Positions 38,518 through 51,320 of a stretch of 64,000 nucleotides of DNA are shown here, piece by piece; the stretch's first letter is position 1, and every line of letters begins with the position of its first letter. Both the position numbers and the translations under genes were made by a program. The stretch comes from Octopus sinensis. Taxonomy: Eukaryota. The notes beneath the pieces were generated by a model. That model was given only the letters and a program-made list of their open reading frames with translations, was not told where the DNA came from and did not search any database. The stretch spans positions 81,282,001 through 81,346,000 of the forward strand of contig NC_042998.1 of NCBI RefSeq assembly GCF_006345805.1, written 5' to 3'.

Positions 38518-39280
38518 TTACAGAGATATTGTTTTATAAGTTTATTGCTCTTATATTTTTTACGCATATTTTTTCTGTATTCTACCTTCCACCCTGCGTA
38601 TATAGACGTGTACGTGTGCGTGCATGCGAGTATGTGTGTATATAGACATGTGTATGAACCCTCTTTTGTGCGCGCGCGTATGTGTGCGTATATAAACGTG
38701 GGCAGGTATGCGCGTATATAGACGTGTGTCTGTGAGTGCATATGGGTATGTGCGTCTGTAGACGTGTTTTACTCTTATTGCTAATTTTTTAATACTTTTT
38801 TACACATTTTTCTGTATTTTGCCTTTCGTCCTGTTTTTTCTTCTGCATGTGCATATATAGACGTGTGCATGAACCTATTTTGTGCGCGCGTATGTGTGTG
38901 TGTACGAGCGTGAGTGCGGGTATGTATATATGTTTTGGCGAATGTATGGGTGAGCATGTGTCTGTTTCAAGTGAGGGTGGATGAGTACATACATATACGC
39001 GTATGTACGTAGGTGTGCGGGCGCGCATGTGTAGGTATGGACATGCGCGCTTACTCGAAAACTATGAACATTTTTATTCCCTTACCTTTACTCCCTCCCC
39101 TCACTTAGCGGTCATTCTAATAGCTCTTTTGGCTTAATAACGGTCAATCACACAGTAATTTCCATTTGTTTAACGGTCATTTTCATAACACTTATCTGAT
39201 GGCCGGATAACGGAAGGGATGGTGACGTGGGTTTCCTCTCCGACATCCAAAACTCGGAGTTTTATCATGGCTACCGAATA
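37555..39280 (+). mobile_element. Penelope-like element 3' remnant of a second clade (GIY-YIG plus 3' UTR)
   Basis: APVYNKALKDSGF, IWFTP, CSCRDKNVCPLNGAC..IIYEAT..YVGLTEGNFKARFNN..LSSHIWSLKD; degenerate CTGATGG-CCG-gataa-CGG near 39195; right boundary approximate. Confidence 0.85.
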
Positions 39281-39308
39281 ATTGTCACATTTCATATTTA
39301 CATATATA

Positions 39309-39348
<40 letters not shown>

Positions 39349-39891
39349 TCACACAAATCATATCCTGTAAAATCATATTGAACACTTTCGATTGTAATCG
39401 ACCGTGAAAAGACCAAATACTGCAAGAATCCTCTCGGGACAAAATTATCCTCCTAGCCTTCTATAAACATATTTTTATCGGTTTTGTAAGCAAAAGTACT
39501 TGGATTGCATAGTTGACTAAGTGTATCGACGCGGAAGCGCATGCATCGTATGATCTGATGGTATGATCCACAACTCATAACACAATCTATTTGTAGACAA
39601 GTCTTGGTGAAGCCTTACCGCGTACGATTTTTGAGTCGTTTGTTTTTATACAGGCCGATTACAATCGAACGGATTGAACTCACACCTTTATACGATAATA
39701 TTCTCTTAAAAACAGCTTCGTACGGCTTTAATTTTTTTAAATATACAAATATATATATATACGTATATATACGGACATTAATAAATAAACATACACGAAC
39801 ACAAACACACACATGCACGAGCGCACACACACTCACATATATACGCATGTATAATTATGAACACACACACACACACACATATCTTAAGTGT

Positions 39892-40185
39892 GAAGGCGCA
39901 TGGCTCAGTGCTTAGAGCATCGAGCTTACGATCGTGAGGTTGTGCGTTCGAATCCCGGACCGGGCTGCGTGTTGTGTTCTTGAGCAAAACACCTTATTTC
40001 ACGTTGCTCCAGTTACTCAGCTGTAGAAATGTAGAATTTCACGTTACTCAGCTGTAGAAATGAGTTATGACGTCACATGTGCCAACCTGTATCGGCATTT
40101 GCCCTTCCCTTGGATGACATTGGCGGCATGTAGAGGGGAGGCCGGTATGCATGGGCGACTGTCTTATCGTTTTCTTGTCCCGGCT
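39892..40185 (+). mobile_element. tRNA-derived CORE-like SINE (family E) with a small internal duplication
   Basis: A box TGGCTCAGTGCTT, B box GTTCGAATCC, CORE-like TGTGTTCTTGAGCAAAACAC..CTCAGCTGTAGAAATG; GTTACTCAGCTGTAGAAATG occurs twice. Confidence 0.85.
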
Positions 40186-40821
40186 CTACCATAATCAAAC
40201 TGAAACGCATATTCTTCCGTTTTTGTGGAAGGGAAGCTTTCCGTTTGTTAAGCTATCCATTTGCTGTCAACACCGACTAATTGGAAGGCTGGACATGCCG
40301 TGGATGATGATGCGCAAACATGTTCTGAGAATGCGATATCTCCGGCACTTCATAGTCGACGATGAACAGGTTTGTTCGCCTTACCCAATACAACTGTTCG
40401 TATTTCAGGTATGTTTCTTAATAAGAGATTAGTTTTCCCGATTATTATCTTTTTGACTTACACGTGTGCTAATTATTTTAATTTACTGTCGCAAATAAAG
40501 CTGAAAATACCAGAGACGTAAAGAATAACCAATTGAATCATCTTTAGAGCATACAATGTCCTTATTTTATCGTTCATGGAACAATTGAAAGTAAAGATAC
40601 CCCGATGACATTTGATTTCGTAATGTCGACCGACAAATGTAAATAAGTACCTCTTGTATTCTGGCGCTTTAAAATTTCTGTTTCCCTTCATCTTAAGTAT
40701 AATCGACATTAATAATATTTATGCTACTTAGAGAAATGCATGGTATACAAGGCCATATCGGCACCACTGTGAATTTTTAATTTCACTTTTAGAATATTGG
40801 CTGTGCTTACTTAAGAACTGC

Positions 40822-40853
<32 letters not shown>

Positions 40854-41711
40854 TGTATGTATGTATGTATGTATGTATGTATGTATGTACATATATAAGC
40901 TATACATATACTTATATGCACATAAATATGTATGTATAATTATATATATGTATATATATATATATTTGTATGTAATCTGGGAATGTACGTATATGTACGT
41001 ATATATATCCACACACACGCACACACACGTATATATACGTACCTATATGTATATACATGCATACACGCAGCCCCACCAACATACACATGTATATGTCTAT
41101 GTAAACATTTAAGAGTATACCTATGATAACATTCTACATAACTGAAAGATTTTCATAGTGCGTTGGATATTAATGATTAAGTAGTATAAAGCGATATAAA
41201 GACACTTCAATATTCGTTCTAAAATTAATACTGATGTCGAGTTCTAACACATCAAAAGTTGTTCCGACGTCATATTTATTGTTATAAGATGTCATATTCC
41301 TCCAAAACATACATTGATGAATCTCTATAGAGATCATTCTGAATTGTTATATTTCATGTTGAGCTACAATATATGATATTCACGGTGACCATAAGGAATC
41401 AGCGTGAATGCTTTATACTTATCTAATTCTTTGCTTCGTATTTCTGAGATTAAATACGACTTAATATTTCATATCTTGGCAGTGGATCAAATAAGCACAA
41501 TATACTTGGTTTGATTGAATCTTTCGTGACTCTTCCTTCTAGCAAGAAGAAAGAATTTGTTATTATTGTAGATAATATCATCCAGCCAGTTATTAGAATC
41601 AATAGTCATGCAACCTTTTGGAGTTTTTCTTTTGCTTTCTGATTTTGATGTATAAAGTCGATGTATAAATAATTGATTTTGTATAAATTTCAATGCGAAT
41701 TTATTCTTTTA

Positions 41712-41830
41712 TTAGTTTACTCGTTCCAGTCGTTGACTGCGACTATTCTGGAGCTACCATCTTGCAGGTATACTCGATCAAATTCGTCTCGATACCTGTC
41801 ACAGTTACAGGGACGTAAACAAACTCGCAT
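41712..41830 (-). mobile_element. Degenerate 3' half of the bipartite SINE
   Basis: TTACTCGTTCCAGTCGTTGACTGCGAC..CTGGAGCTACC..GTTACAGGGACGTAAAC. Confidence 0.6.
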
Positions 41831-41930
41831 GAGATTTTAAGTAGTCACGTCTAACATGCAGGCATACACACCTACATACAAGCATGGACATACACACACA
41901 CATGTGCAAACATGCAGATACACACACATA

Positions 41931-42124
41931 CGAGGGGATGCTGAAGGGTTCCTGGCTTTAAGACCTAGCTGGAGGTCCAACCATCTGAGATTTTTTTACG
42001 GGGCTTAGAAATCTAGTGTGCGGATCTGAGAGAGGAATATGCTGAATAAAATCATAATTAACAATTAACTGAATCTCCTGTATCTTCTTTTACCCAAAGA
42101 CTGAAACTTTTCAGCATCCTCTCG
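41931..42124. mobile_element. Mariner-derived MITE (~195 bp)
   Basis: TA-CGAGGGGATGCTGAA ... TTCAGCATCCTCTCG-TA; homolog at 52037-52248. Confidence 0.85.
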
Positions 42125-43144
42125 TATAAATATACACAGGGGGTGGGGTGGGGGCAGAGATTCCGCCTATCATCCCCTCTCACAGCATATTGGTTGATTA
42201 AGATGTTTAGTGGAAGACCTTCAACGTCCTGTGCAGTTGCACTGAAGCTACATCCACGTGACTGCAAAGCGAACATGCTATCAACTCAAGCATAGCCTCA
42301 CCTAGTTGTGGCGTGTGAAATCCATTCTTGTTTGTGGGTGTTGGTCTGCTAGAAGAAAGTGTACATATTGTTCTCGATCTTGGTTCCAACGATATAGGAC
42401 ATAAGTGAAACGGAGGAGTCCTAACTGTGTTACCCCAAGTAATATCGACTCAGAGAAGAAGATACCATTGTAGAAACCGGAGAAATCTTTGAAAGAAGAG
42501 ACAGCATGTTTGTAATCCAGTGACTGAAGTGCGTTGGTGGGTGAACTCTTCTTCAGATAACTTAATAGGTAGCAGTAGCACTCGATTGCTGGTTTCACTC
42601 GAGGTATTATAGTCAATCAATGAAATCATTAGCCGATTAAGTAATAAGGCATTGAACGGCATACAACTTTCTGCGTAATTCATTGTTACCATGCCAGATT
42701 GGGTTTTGCATTTGATCGTCAAATAATTTTATATCGACCTCACAAATTTGGAATCGATACAACGTTTGAATAGTAAGTATGCCAAGTTATTCATGTGAAC
42801 ATATGCATTACTACAGAAACGACCATGCCTATGTATTATAGTACTATGATAGATAATAAACGTGACGGGAGAACAGAGACAGTGTACATTCGTACTAAAT
42901 TCTCTGCAGGAATTGAAAACAATTTCATCTTTGTTATTCTGATTTCTTTAGGTTTCGATCTACAACATATATCATGGTAGCATCAAGGGATCATCCAGTT
43001 CATGAATAATATTTTGCTTTTTGTCATCTTAAGTAATATTTATTATGATATATTTTATGACGTTGCATGCGAGCGTATTGGCTGGTTAGAACATTTCAAA
43101 TATCAAACTTATTCATTTTTTTTGTGTATAATAGGCTTCAAAAT

Positions 43145-43278
43145 TTGGCACAAGTTCAACAATTTTGGGGGTAAATGTAAGTCATTTCCTTGACTCCAGT
43201 GCTGAACTGGTATTTTATTTTATCGACTCCGAAAGGATGAACGGCAAAGTCGACTTCGGTGGAATTTCAACTTGAGGT
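43145..43278 (-). mobile_element. Family A SINE, partial
   Basis: CTGGTATTTTATTTTATCGACTCCGAAAGGATGAACGGCAAAGTCGAC. Confidence 0.85.
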
Positions 43279-43403
43279 TAACTTAGCCATTTATGTGCAT
43301 ATTATTGAAAACTTATTTCAATATTACACACACACACACACGCACGCACGAACTGTTCCCCCTCTCTCTCACGCACACATAAACAAATATAATTTCCTGG
43401 TAG

Positions 43404-43475
43404 GGTATTTCCAATGCAGCTGAGCTCTGGGCTATCTACACTGTCGGATTCCAGACTAATATCGAAATTCCTCAG
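43404..43475 (+). CDS. Candidate 72-nt exon (GISNAAELWAIYTVGFQTNIEIPQ or VFPMQLSSGLSTLSDSRLISKFL), unproven
   Basis: TTTCCTGGTAG acceptor, CAG/GTGAAA donor, length divisible by 3, two frames open. Confidence 0.25.
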
Positions 43476-43790
43476 GTGAAACAAATCCTACTTTCACGAT
43501 GGTAAAACCAGTGTGTGGCCTTATCGAGGAGTAGAATATAATGGAAATCGAGATACATTTTAAAGCATCTTTAGTGATAAGTTACAATTGTTTCTCTCCC
43601 AACTCTGCTTTCCATGCCTGTTCATACAAAATTGTAAGGTGAAAATTTACGTAATATTTGCACCTTTGATGTTGGTCTGAGGAAGTGCCGTTCGACTGTT
43701 TAAAACCGCAAATAGTGTGCACATTTTCACCTTGAGGTTTTGCATGAACTGGCGTTGAAATCAAAGTTGGAACAGAAACAACTGTAACTG

Positions 43791-44134
43791 ATTATCACCT
43801 CCGTATTAGTGAAGGTGGAGGTATTGTTTCCAGTGGTGTTTTTTGTTTTTTGTTTGTTTGTCCGTGGACAAGATATCTCAAGAACTGCAGGATGGATGCG
43901 GATGAAAATTTCAGCGATGTTTGGCCCTGTGACTGGCACAAAATGATTAGAATCTGGGATCCATCCCGTACCGGATAAATATTCTCGATTATTTTTTCTG
44001 TTTACTTAATTTTTGAGAGCCTTGGGATTCATTTTTAGTATGCTCGTTTGTGAGAGCTGTCGAGTTTATTTCAGATATTCCTATTTTAAAAGTGAGAGGA
44101 CGATCGTGTTTCTTTGGCGGAGATTTGCGCTCTT
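43791..44134 (+). mobile_element. Helentron-associated (HINE/DINE-like) non-autonomous element
   Basis: 5' TTATCACCTCCG..GGTGGAGGT hairpin, GTTT microsatellite, GATATCTCAAGAAC..GATGAAAATTT, 3' TTGGCGGAGATTTGCGCTCT. Confidence 0.75.
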
Positions 44135-44199
44135 AGTAAAGAAGTTTTAACATTTATCATTGTCGTCCTATTTGAATTATATACATAGTAGGAGGTTAT

Positions 44200-44536
44200 C
44201 CTTAATTGTTATATATATATATGTTTCGTTTTAGGATTTGGTTTGCAAGATTCTTTATATGAGTTCGTACGTTGAAGCATATTCTGTTGTGTCTGGAGAG
44301 AATCATTCTCTTTTAGTGCCTTATTATTTAACACACTCACCGGTAAAATTTCCACTTATTTCTTATTTTTATTTTCTAAAATTTTCGTTGAGTCTTGCAA
44401 CCTTTTCAATAATCTTGCAAGACCCAACGAAAATTTTAGGAAATAAAAATAAGAAATAGGTGGAAATTTTACTGGTGAGTGCGTTAAATAATAAGGCACT
44501 AAAAGAGAATGACTCTCCCCAGACACAACAGAATAT
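44200..44536. mobile_element. Inverted pair of Penelope-terminal repeats forming a 122-bp-arm hairpin
   Basis: 44279-44400 is the reverse complement of 44415-44536 with few mismatches; hammerhead-like TTGAAAA-G-GTTG..CAAC-GAAA at the apex on minus. Confidence 0.75.
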
Positions 44537-46362
44537 ATATATATGGTTATACAGATATAGTACTTCAAGACGATCGGTCGACAGGAAATGTCGAATATAT
44601 ACACACACAATATAACCATTATTGTCCTGAAAAGAAATAAACAGTGCGACGAAAAACTTATTTCAACCTGAATATCTTATTAATTTCGATACAAGTCTTG
44701 TAGTATTAATTATTTTGGTCGCAGAAATTTACGTATTACAGAACTAAACTAGTAGAGGATGCAGGCCCTATGTGTATTAACTACAACGACACTCTGCATA
44801 GAGTAAGTGTCTAACGACCGAATCCTCATTATAAAGCTGGAGAAAAGTTATAGGCTCTTCGTGTTGGTATTTACGTATTGAAAGAACGGAACTTAGTAGA
44901 GGATTCATTGCCGATATCTTTTAACTCAACAACCTTTTCAAATGGTGAATGTCGAACCTTCAAGTATAATCTTCGTTATAATTGATCTAGACAAATTGTC
45001 TGTATTGTTCATTGATTCTATAACTTGAAATACATGCTGAAAGGTTTGAATTTTCATTTCAACGCTTTGCTGGATGTTTGACATCGGGGATTACCTTTAC
45101 CAAAGAACAAGGACAAACTTTAGACCTAAAGGAGAACTGAATCTTGATGGTCCATAATTAATTAGCTCAGAAATTATAAATTCACATTGATAAAACAGTG
45201 ATTTAAGCCATTAACTCCCAATTTTTTTAATTCAAATTTATTGGCTGTGCCAGTTGTGTTAGTAGTTAAAGTAATATATATCATTTAAATTTTCTTCATA
45301 TGTAAATTATTTGGGAAATTATGATAAATTTTTCGAAAAGTCCCAAATGGGGATCGCTGAGAAAAAGTATATTTATCCCTTTCTATTTGATTGAAATAAT
45401 AAACATTTCAGTTTTTTTTAAACTATGGTATGAAATGCGAATGTGTATGAAATATTAATGAATGATATAGATGGGACACGCAATCCCCACCAAAAACAAA
45501 AACGTTTTCATAGCAATCAATATTTTTGTATAGCCAGAATATAAGACGCTTGGAAAACGTTAAACGACTTCAGTGAAAAAATGTAAAGTTTTATTTTAAA
45601 CTAACAATAAAATTGTTTACGAGGCCATGAAATTATGATGCCACTCGTAATACCTAACCAGGTACACTATACGTATCTAATTAATACATACTTAAGAATG
45701 TGTGTGTGTCTGCGTGTGCGTGCGTGCGTGCGTGTGCCTGTGTATGTGTGCGTGTGCCTGTGTGTGTGTGCGTGTATCCGGCTGAAATTACTGAAAATCA
45801 ATGTTGAATATGTATGTCTGTGCAATTCTGGAAATAGTTTAAGGATCTTCTATAGATGCTTCACGTTACACCAGTTTACGATTTAAATCACAATTGCGAT
45901 ATAATCTACTACACTTTTCATGATCCTATGATCGGTAAAGTACGTACCATCAAGTGCTGATATCGATTATAAATACCACCCTACTTTCTCCTACACAATT
46001 TGCGGTCTAATTTAAAATTGGGAATGGATATATTTAACCAACTATACTTTCGTCCCAAACAATTTTATAGTATAAAGGTAAAAATGGTCTCCATTTCTAA
46101 TATTAAATAATACTTATTGAAACCGTTAGGATTGGCTTACTCACATGTTAATTCCATATAAAGAAATATTATTGGTTGTGCTTAAAATATCTCAAGTTCC
46201 TTATAGACTTAAATGAACGAATGCAAAGCGGCAATCATTTCAAGCCGATATATGTTTACAAAATATTTTACATCGAGATATTATTTTTGGACATTTTCCA
46301 GATGGGGGGTTAGAAATTCCAAAAAATTATCAAGATTATTAGATTTTATTGTCTAGTATAGG

Positions 46363-46583
46363 AAGACGGAAACTGAAAGAAGCCTGTCGTATATATGTAT
46401 ATATATATGCATTGCTTGCCAACCGATGCTGGTGTGTTTACGTCCCCGTCACTTAGCGGTTCGGCCAAAGAGATCGATAGAATAAGTACTGGGCTCACAA
46501 AGAATAAGTCCCGGGGTCGATTTGATCGACTAAAGGCGGTGCTCCAGCATGGCTGCAGTCAAATGACTGAAACAAGTAAAAGA
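46363..46583 (+). mobile_element. Bipartite SINE: tail of the 5' half, short (TA)n, complete 3' half
   Basis: GACGGAAACTGAAAGAAGCC..TCG-(TA)n-..CCGATGCTGGTGTGTTTACGTCCCCG..GAAACAAGTAAAAG. Confidence 0.9.
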
Positions 46584-46746
46584 AAAAATATATATATATA
46601 TTATACTGTGCTTAATTATTTAAGTATATTTGAAATAAACTAGACCGATCCTTGAACCTTGCACTGTGATCATTCAAAATAAATCTATTTTTCATGGCAG
46701 AAGAATGAATCCACGCTACCTACCTACCTGTTTATCTACCTACCTG

Positions 46747-47710
46747 TTAGGTCGTCCGGTAAGTTCTGAGGGTTTTTAAGCTAAATCTTTTAACGCTTCA
46801 TTGAACACACCTGAAACGTAAAACTGTGGCGGTGCTTGAAGTGATAGTGCGTCTCCTCTTTGTTTCTGACTAAAAATAGATTTATTTTTCATTCCGGTTA
46901 CTCTTTTGAAAAATTGAAATGGATAACCAAAATTTGATATTAGCATTTAATACTTTTCTAATTTAAAAAAGGAAAAAATGCTGCAAAAACTTGCAAAAAC
47001 ATTTGCGAAATTCCGTTTGTGATATGCTTTTGAAACGGAATGGAAGCATGGCGTTTTGAAACAACTCATGACTAGAGATGGAAATGGAATGTGTACAAAA
47101 ACATAGTGCGAACAATATCCTGGAGTTTGCATAAGGATCCCCCAAAACAGCAACCAAAGACGAATATCCATGCCGAGAAACTATGCTTTGTGTTTGGTTG
47201 GATCATAAAAGCATTATTTATTATGAGCTTCTCCCACAAACCCAGATCGTTAATTATGATGTGTACTGTTGTGAGCTGGCTAATTTGAACGAAAAAAAAA
47301 CGTCAAAGAATTGAGGTTGGAAATTGCCAACAGGAAAGGAGTGGTGTTCCAACAAGACAATGTCCTACCACATGTGTCTTTGGCTACCCAAAGTTACGTG
47401 AACTTGACTGACTTCTCTTTCCCCATTCACCATATTCTCCAGCTATAGTGCCATCACTTGTTTTTGTCTCTACAGAGCTCATTGCAAGGAAATACATTTA
47501 TCGATCTAAATGGAGTCAAAATGCATCTAGACAACTTTTTTCTTTAAAGACAAATTCTCTACTGATGGAATATTTGAATTGCCTGATAAATGTGCAGAAG
47601 TCATTAAAAATAATGGAAATTATTTCATCCAATAAAATTTATTGGAAGGTTAATTATTTATATCACTTTTTCCATATGAAAAAAACTCACAGAATTTCCG
47701 GACAACCTAA
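46747..47710 (+). mobile_element. Internally deleted mariner (DD34D) transposon
   Basis: TIR TTAGGT(C/T)GTCCGG(T/A)AA; CDMLLKRN..QLMTRDG.WNVYKNIVR..SW, VFQQDNVLPH, HSPYSP; N-terminal HTH joined directly to the catalytic domain. Confidence 0.9.
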
Positions 47711-47760
47711 TACCTACCTACCTACCTACCTACCTACCTACCTATCGACCTACCTACCTG

Positions 47761-47855
<95 letters not shown>

Positions 47856-47864
47856 GTCTATCTG

Positions 47865-47940
<76 letters not shown>

Positions 47941-47950
47941 CCTACCTACA
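47711..47950. repeat. (CCTA)n/(TCTA)n compound microsatellite
   Basis: Direct reading. Confidence 0.95.
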
Positions 47951-48153
47951 TACTTTTCTACTTACCTTACGATCGCATGTATGCATACATACACACATAT
48001 TTACAACTCACAAGCATATCTATTCTCCTTATCCTTATGTTAAACATTTGCATTTCTACACTTGAATGGTCAGATGAATTTGCCGTGAAAATATTCTACG
48101 AGTGGATGTTTTCAACTCAGGTGATTATTCACTTAGTTCTTCGTATACGACCT

Positions 48154-48662
48154 AGTACTAGGCAGTGGCTCTCATGGTTTCTCATCTTAACTGATTGGAA
48201 GTATTATCATGTACATTGTTTTGTCTTGGTATAAAAGATAGGCTACAGCAAATATTCTGTTCAGTACCACAGATTTGCTTGTCAGTTGTTGGACCTTAAA
48301 CAGTTGAGCGTGTCCTTTCGTGACTGACGATATGTGCATATCTGATCACGAGCATTAGTGGGCGAATATCATAGACTTGTGTTGAGAGGAATTTTTGGGG
48401 GTTTGAATAATTCACCTCGGAAAACGTAGGTATTTCATTCAACATCCTAAAACAACCTTTATTCAAGGACCATTTGAGTGGGATGGGCTACTCGACGTGT
48501 CATGCGCTGTTTATCTTGATATGAGATCACCATGTCACGCATATAAGTTTGCGAGGCTTATACCTGGCGTAACCTTATCAGATGGGTAGTCAAAATGGGT
48601 ATACTGGGCTTCGTATATTTTACCCCAGTGTCACTTTGATGACATGCCCTGCATTCTCACTC
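48154..48662. mobile_element. Diverged reverse-orientation copy of the ~550-bp element followed by (AAT)n
   Basis: Reverse complement of 5822-6370, lacking about 12-16 bp at one end. Confidence 0.9.
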
Positions 48663-48719
<57 letters not shown>

Positions 48720-48753
48720 TCTAGGATGAAATTTATAAATATTTGATGCATCG

Positions 48754-49009
48754 CTACGCGCGTTTCTACAAATCACGTGACTTTACCATCAGAGTCCATA
48801 TCCTTGGGAGTGACCTAGTTTGGCCTTCATACTGGCAAGAAGGGATAAACATCCTTCTGTGATTCATCCACTAATGCAGTATCGCCTAATGAAATGAATC
48901 AATGATGATAATCAATCGAATGTCCACGGATAATATGGATTATACTGTGCTCAACATAAGGATACAGTCTCTGATATCAAAGTCATTAGATTTGTGGAAA
49001 CGCGCGTAG
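48754..49009. mobile_element. MITE-like element with ~50-bp imperfect TIRs
   Basis: CTACGCGCGTTTCTACAAATC..GACTTT..ATCAGAG vs reverse complement CTACGCGCGTTTCCACAAATC..GACTTT..ATCAGAG; no clear TSD. Confidence 0.6.
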
Positions 49010-49232
49010 AATTATTGTTATTATTATTATATTTATCCTACATTACATAGGTATAACCATGATGCATCCCTGAAAAGCTCAATCACTAGTCACTATCATT
49101 AGACCGTAGCCGGCCTAATTAAATAGGGGCTTTATTTGCATACCTTCAACGTTATCATAAACGAATTCATATTATATGATTGATTGATTGATTCTAGTTT
49201 CAGCTTATGAGCTGTGGCCATGCTGGGGCACC

Positions 49233-49290
<58 letters not shown>

Positions 49291-49650
49291 TGGAGGCGCA
49301 ATAGCACAGTGGTTAGGGCAACGGACTCACGCTCGCAGGATCGGGCGTGGTGAGTGTTTATTGAGCATAAGCACCTAAAGCTCCACGAGAATCTAGCAGG
49401 AGATGGTGGCAAACCTTGCTGTACTCTTTCACCACAACTTTCTCTCACACTTTCTCCATGTTTCTGTTGTACCTGTAATTCAAGGGGTCAGCCATATCAC
49501 ACTCTGTGTCACGCTGAACGTCCCCGAGAGCTACATTAAGGGTACACGTATCTGTGGAGTGCTCAGCCACTTGCACGTTAATTTCACGAGCAGGCTGTTC
49601 CGTTGATCAGATCAATTGGAACCATAGTCGTTGTAACCGACGGAGTGTCA
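49291..49650 (+). mobile_element. Family D SINE lacking its B-box segment
   Basis: GGAGGCGCAATAGCACAGTGGTTAGGGC..CAGGATCG/GGCGTGG; body matches 21540-21905. Confidence 0.9.
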
Positions 49651-50599
49651 CTATATATATAAATATATGATTGAAACAATTTGGAGTCAACAACAAGGAG
49701 TACAGTTGGACATTTATTTACAATCGCTAAAAATTCTTTCTATTTACATATCACCTGAGGAAACAAAACTAGATCTCATAATGCAGGGAAACAGTTGCAT
49801 AATCAAGTATCGGCACACATGGAGAATTACGTTGCGTAGAAACAATTGTAGAGATTGAAAATAACTGCCCAAACGTACTTGTTGACTCCATTTCTTTTTA
49901 ATTGTCTATTCACACACGACAGAAGCCCTAACGCAAACATGAAAGTACGTATAATACTACTAGTAGATAGCACAGGGTAAAATCTGGACGAGTTTACACT
50001 GCACTCTGCTACGTTCTTAACAGAATATGCCATAACTACATATAAGTGTGAGTGTGTGTGTGTGTGTGTGCATTTCCGAACTTGTGTAAATGTGTATAGA
50101 ATAATACAAAAGTTGAATAAAGTTACAATATTGTCTGGTTTTCACGTTTTTTATTATTGTATTTAAAACAAATTCTTTCGATGTTGAAGTCTGTTAAACA
50201 TTAAAAAAATATCTAGTAATGTTCATAAAGTTTAATTAGCGCTTTCATACGTTCGTAGTAATCGTCATATTTCGAAATGCATTGAGTGACAGTTAAGTTG
50301 AGTTCTTGACAACCGTATTAAGATGACAGGCGTCTTACTTTTTATACCTTTGGAAGGCTCCGACAAGCTGAAATTTTCGAAAATGCTTCGATCAATAAGC
50401 TTGCTGCTTAAACGTTACGGTTTGTCTGGCGCACCGATATTACTGGCATAGATCTCGCCTGTATTTCAACCAATTAGCTTGCGATTTGCATGTAATGGCT
50501 TTATGAATGAGTAAACCTAGTTGGTTTCGATCATCTTTATATCGATCGGTGGGAGTCTTCTGTAATTTGCTTAATATGTTAAAAATATATTAAAATCGA

Positions 50600-51050
50600 C
50601 ATCATTAACTGGTTGTTATATTATTCTTGTTATTTCCATTCAGAACAGGTCTGGACACTTTAATGATAAGTTTTTCTGTTATCTTTCTTCCAACATCACT
50701 AGTGTGATGTAGTTTGTGGAAATTAAAAATTAGAAACATTATCTGACCACCAGTTTCTATATGTTCGTTCAATGGAATTTGGCGAACATTAGTGTTCCGG
50801 ATTTGTTGTCTGTGAACTATTGAGCGTTCTGATAATTCACCCCCTGTCTCGCAATGCATAGTTCCTCGCAATTAGGGTATTTCATTCAATAGATCAAATT
50901 TCTGTTTTTGTAGTTCATATCTGCATTTCTGAAAACCTGTCAATATTTTGCTCTAATGGATCTACCAGTATGCATATATTGACATGTTCCAAATCTCTGA
51001 ATGCTTTATCATGCTTGTTCTTGTTGAATTTAGCTTTCGGAGTAGTTTCT
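50600..51050 (-). pseudogene. Penelope-like GIY-YIG remnant related to the 23-25 kb element
   Basis: NLIY..PNCEEL, ETGGELSERSIVHRQQIRNTNVRQIPLNEHI..EKLIIKVSRPVLN. Confidence 0.75.
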
Positions 51051-51220
51051 TTAGGTTATGTGGTTGCCTTTGCTTATAAGTGTTTGATTAGTTATTGAGT
51101 ATTTTTTTATTTTTCATTTTGTTTCATGATTGGCAAATTTGTTTTGATGGTGGCGCGGATTCTTTGTTACAAGAAGTAGTATTGTGTTCCGTTGAACATA
51201 ATGCATACATGCATATATAA

Positions 51221-51320
<100 letters not shown>

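Noticed and set aside
39892-39965. tRNA-like sequence with A and B boxes
   Set aside because: Acceptor stem does not close and it continues into a CORE-like SINE body; it is a SINE head, not a tRNA gene. Same for heads at 21840-21905, 49291 and 55248.
42207-42722. Three overlapping minus-strand ORFs (60-104 aa) and a plus-strand LDLGSND motif
   Set aside because: No recognisable domain, no consistent splice model, and a stop follows the motif within a few codons.
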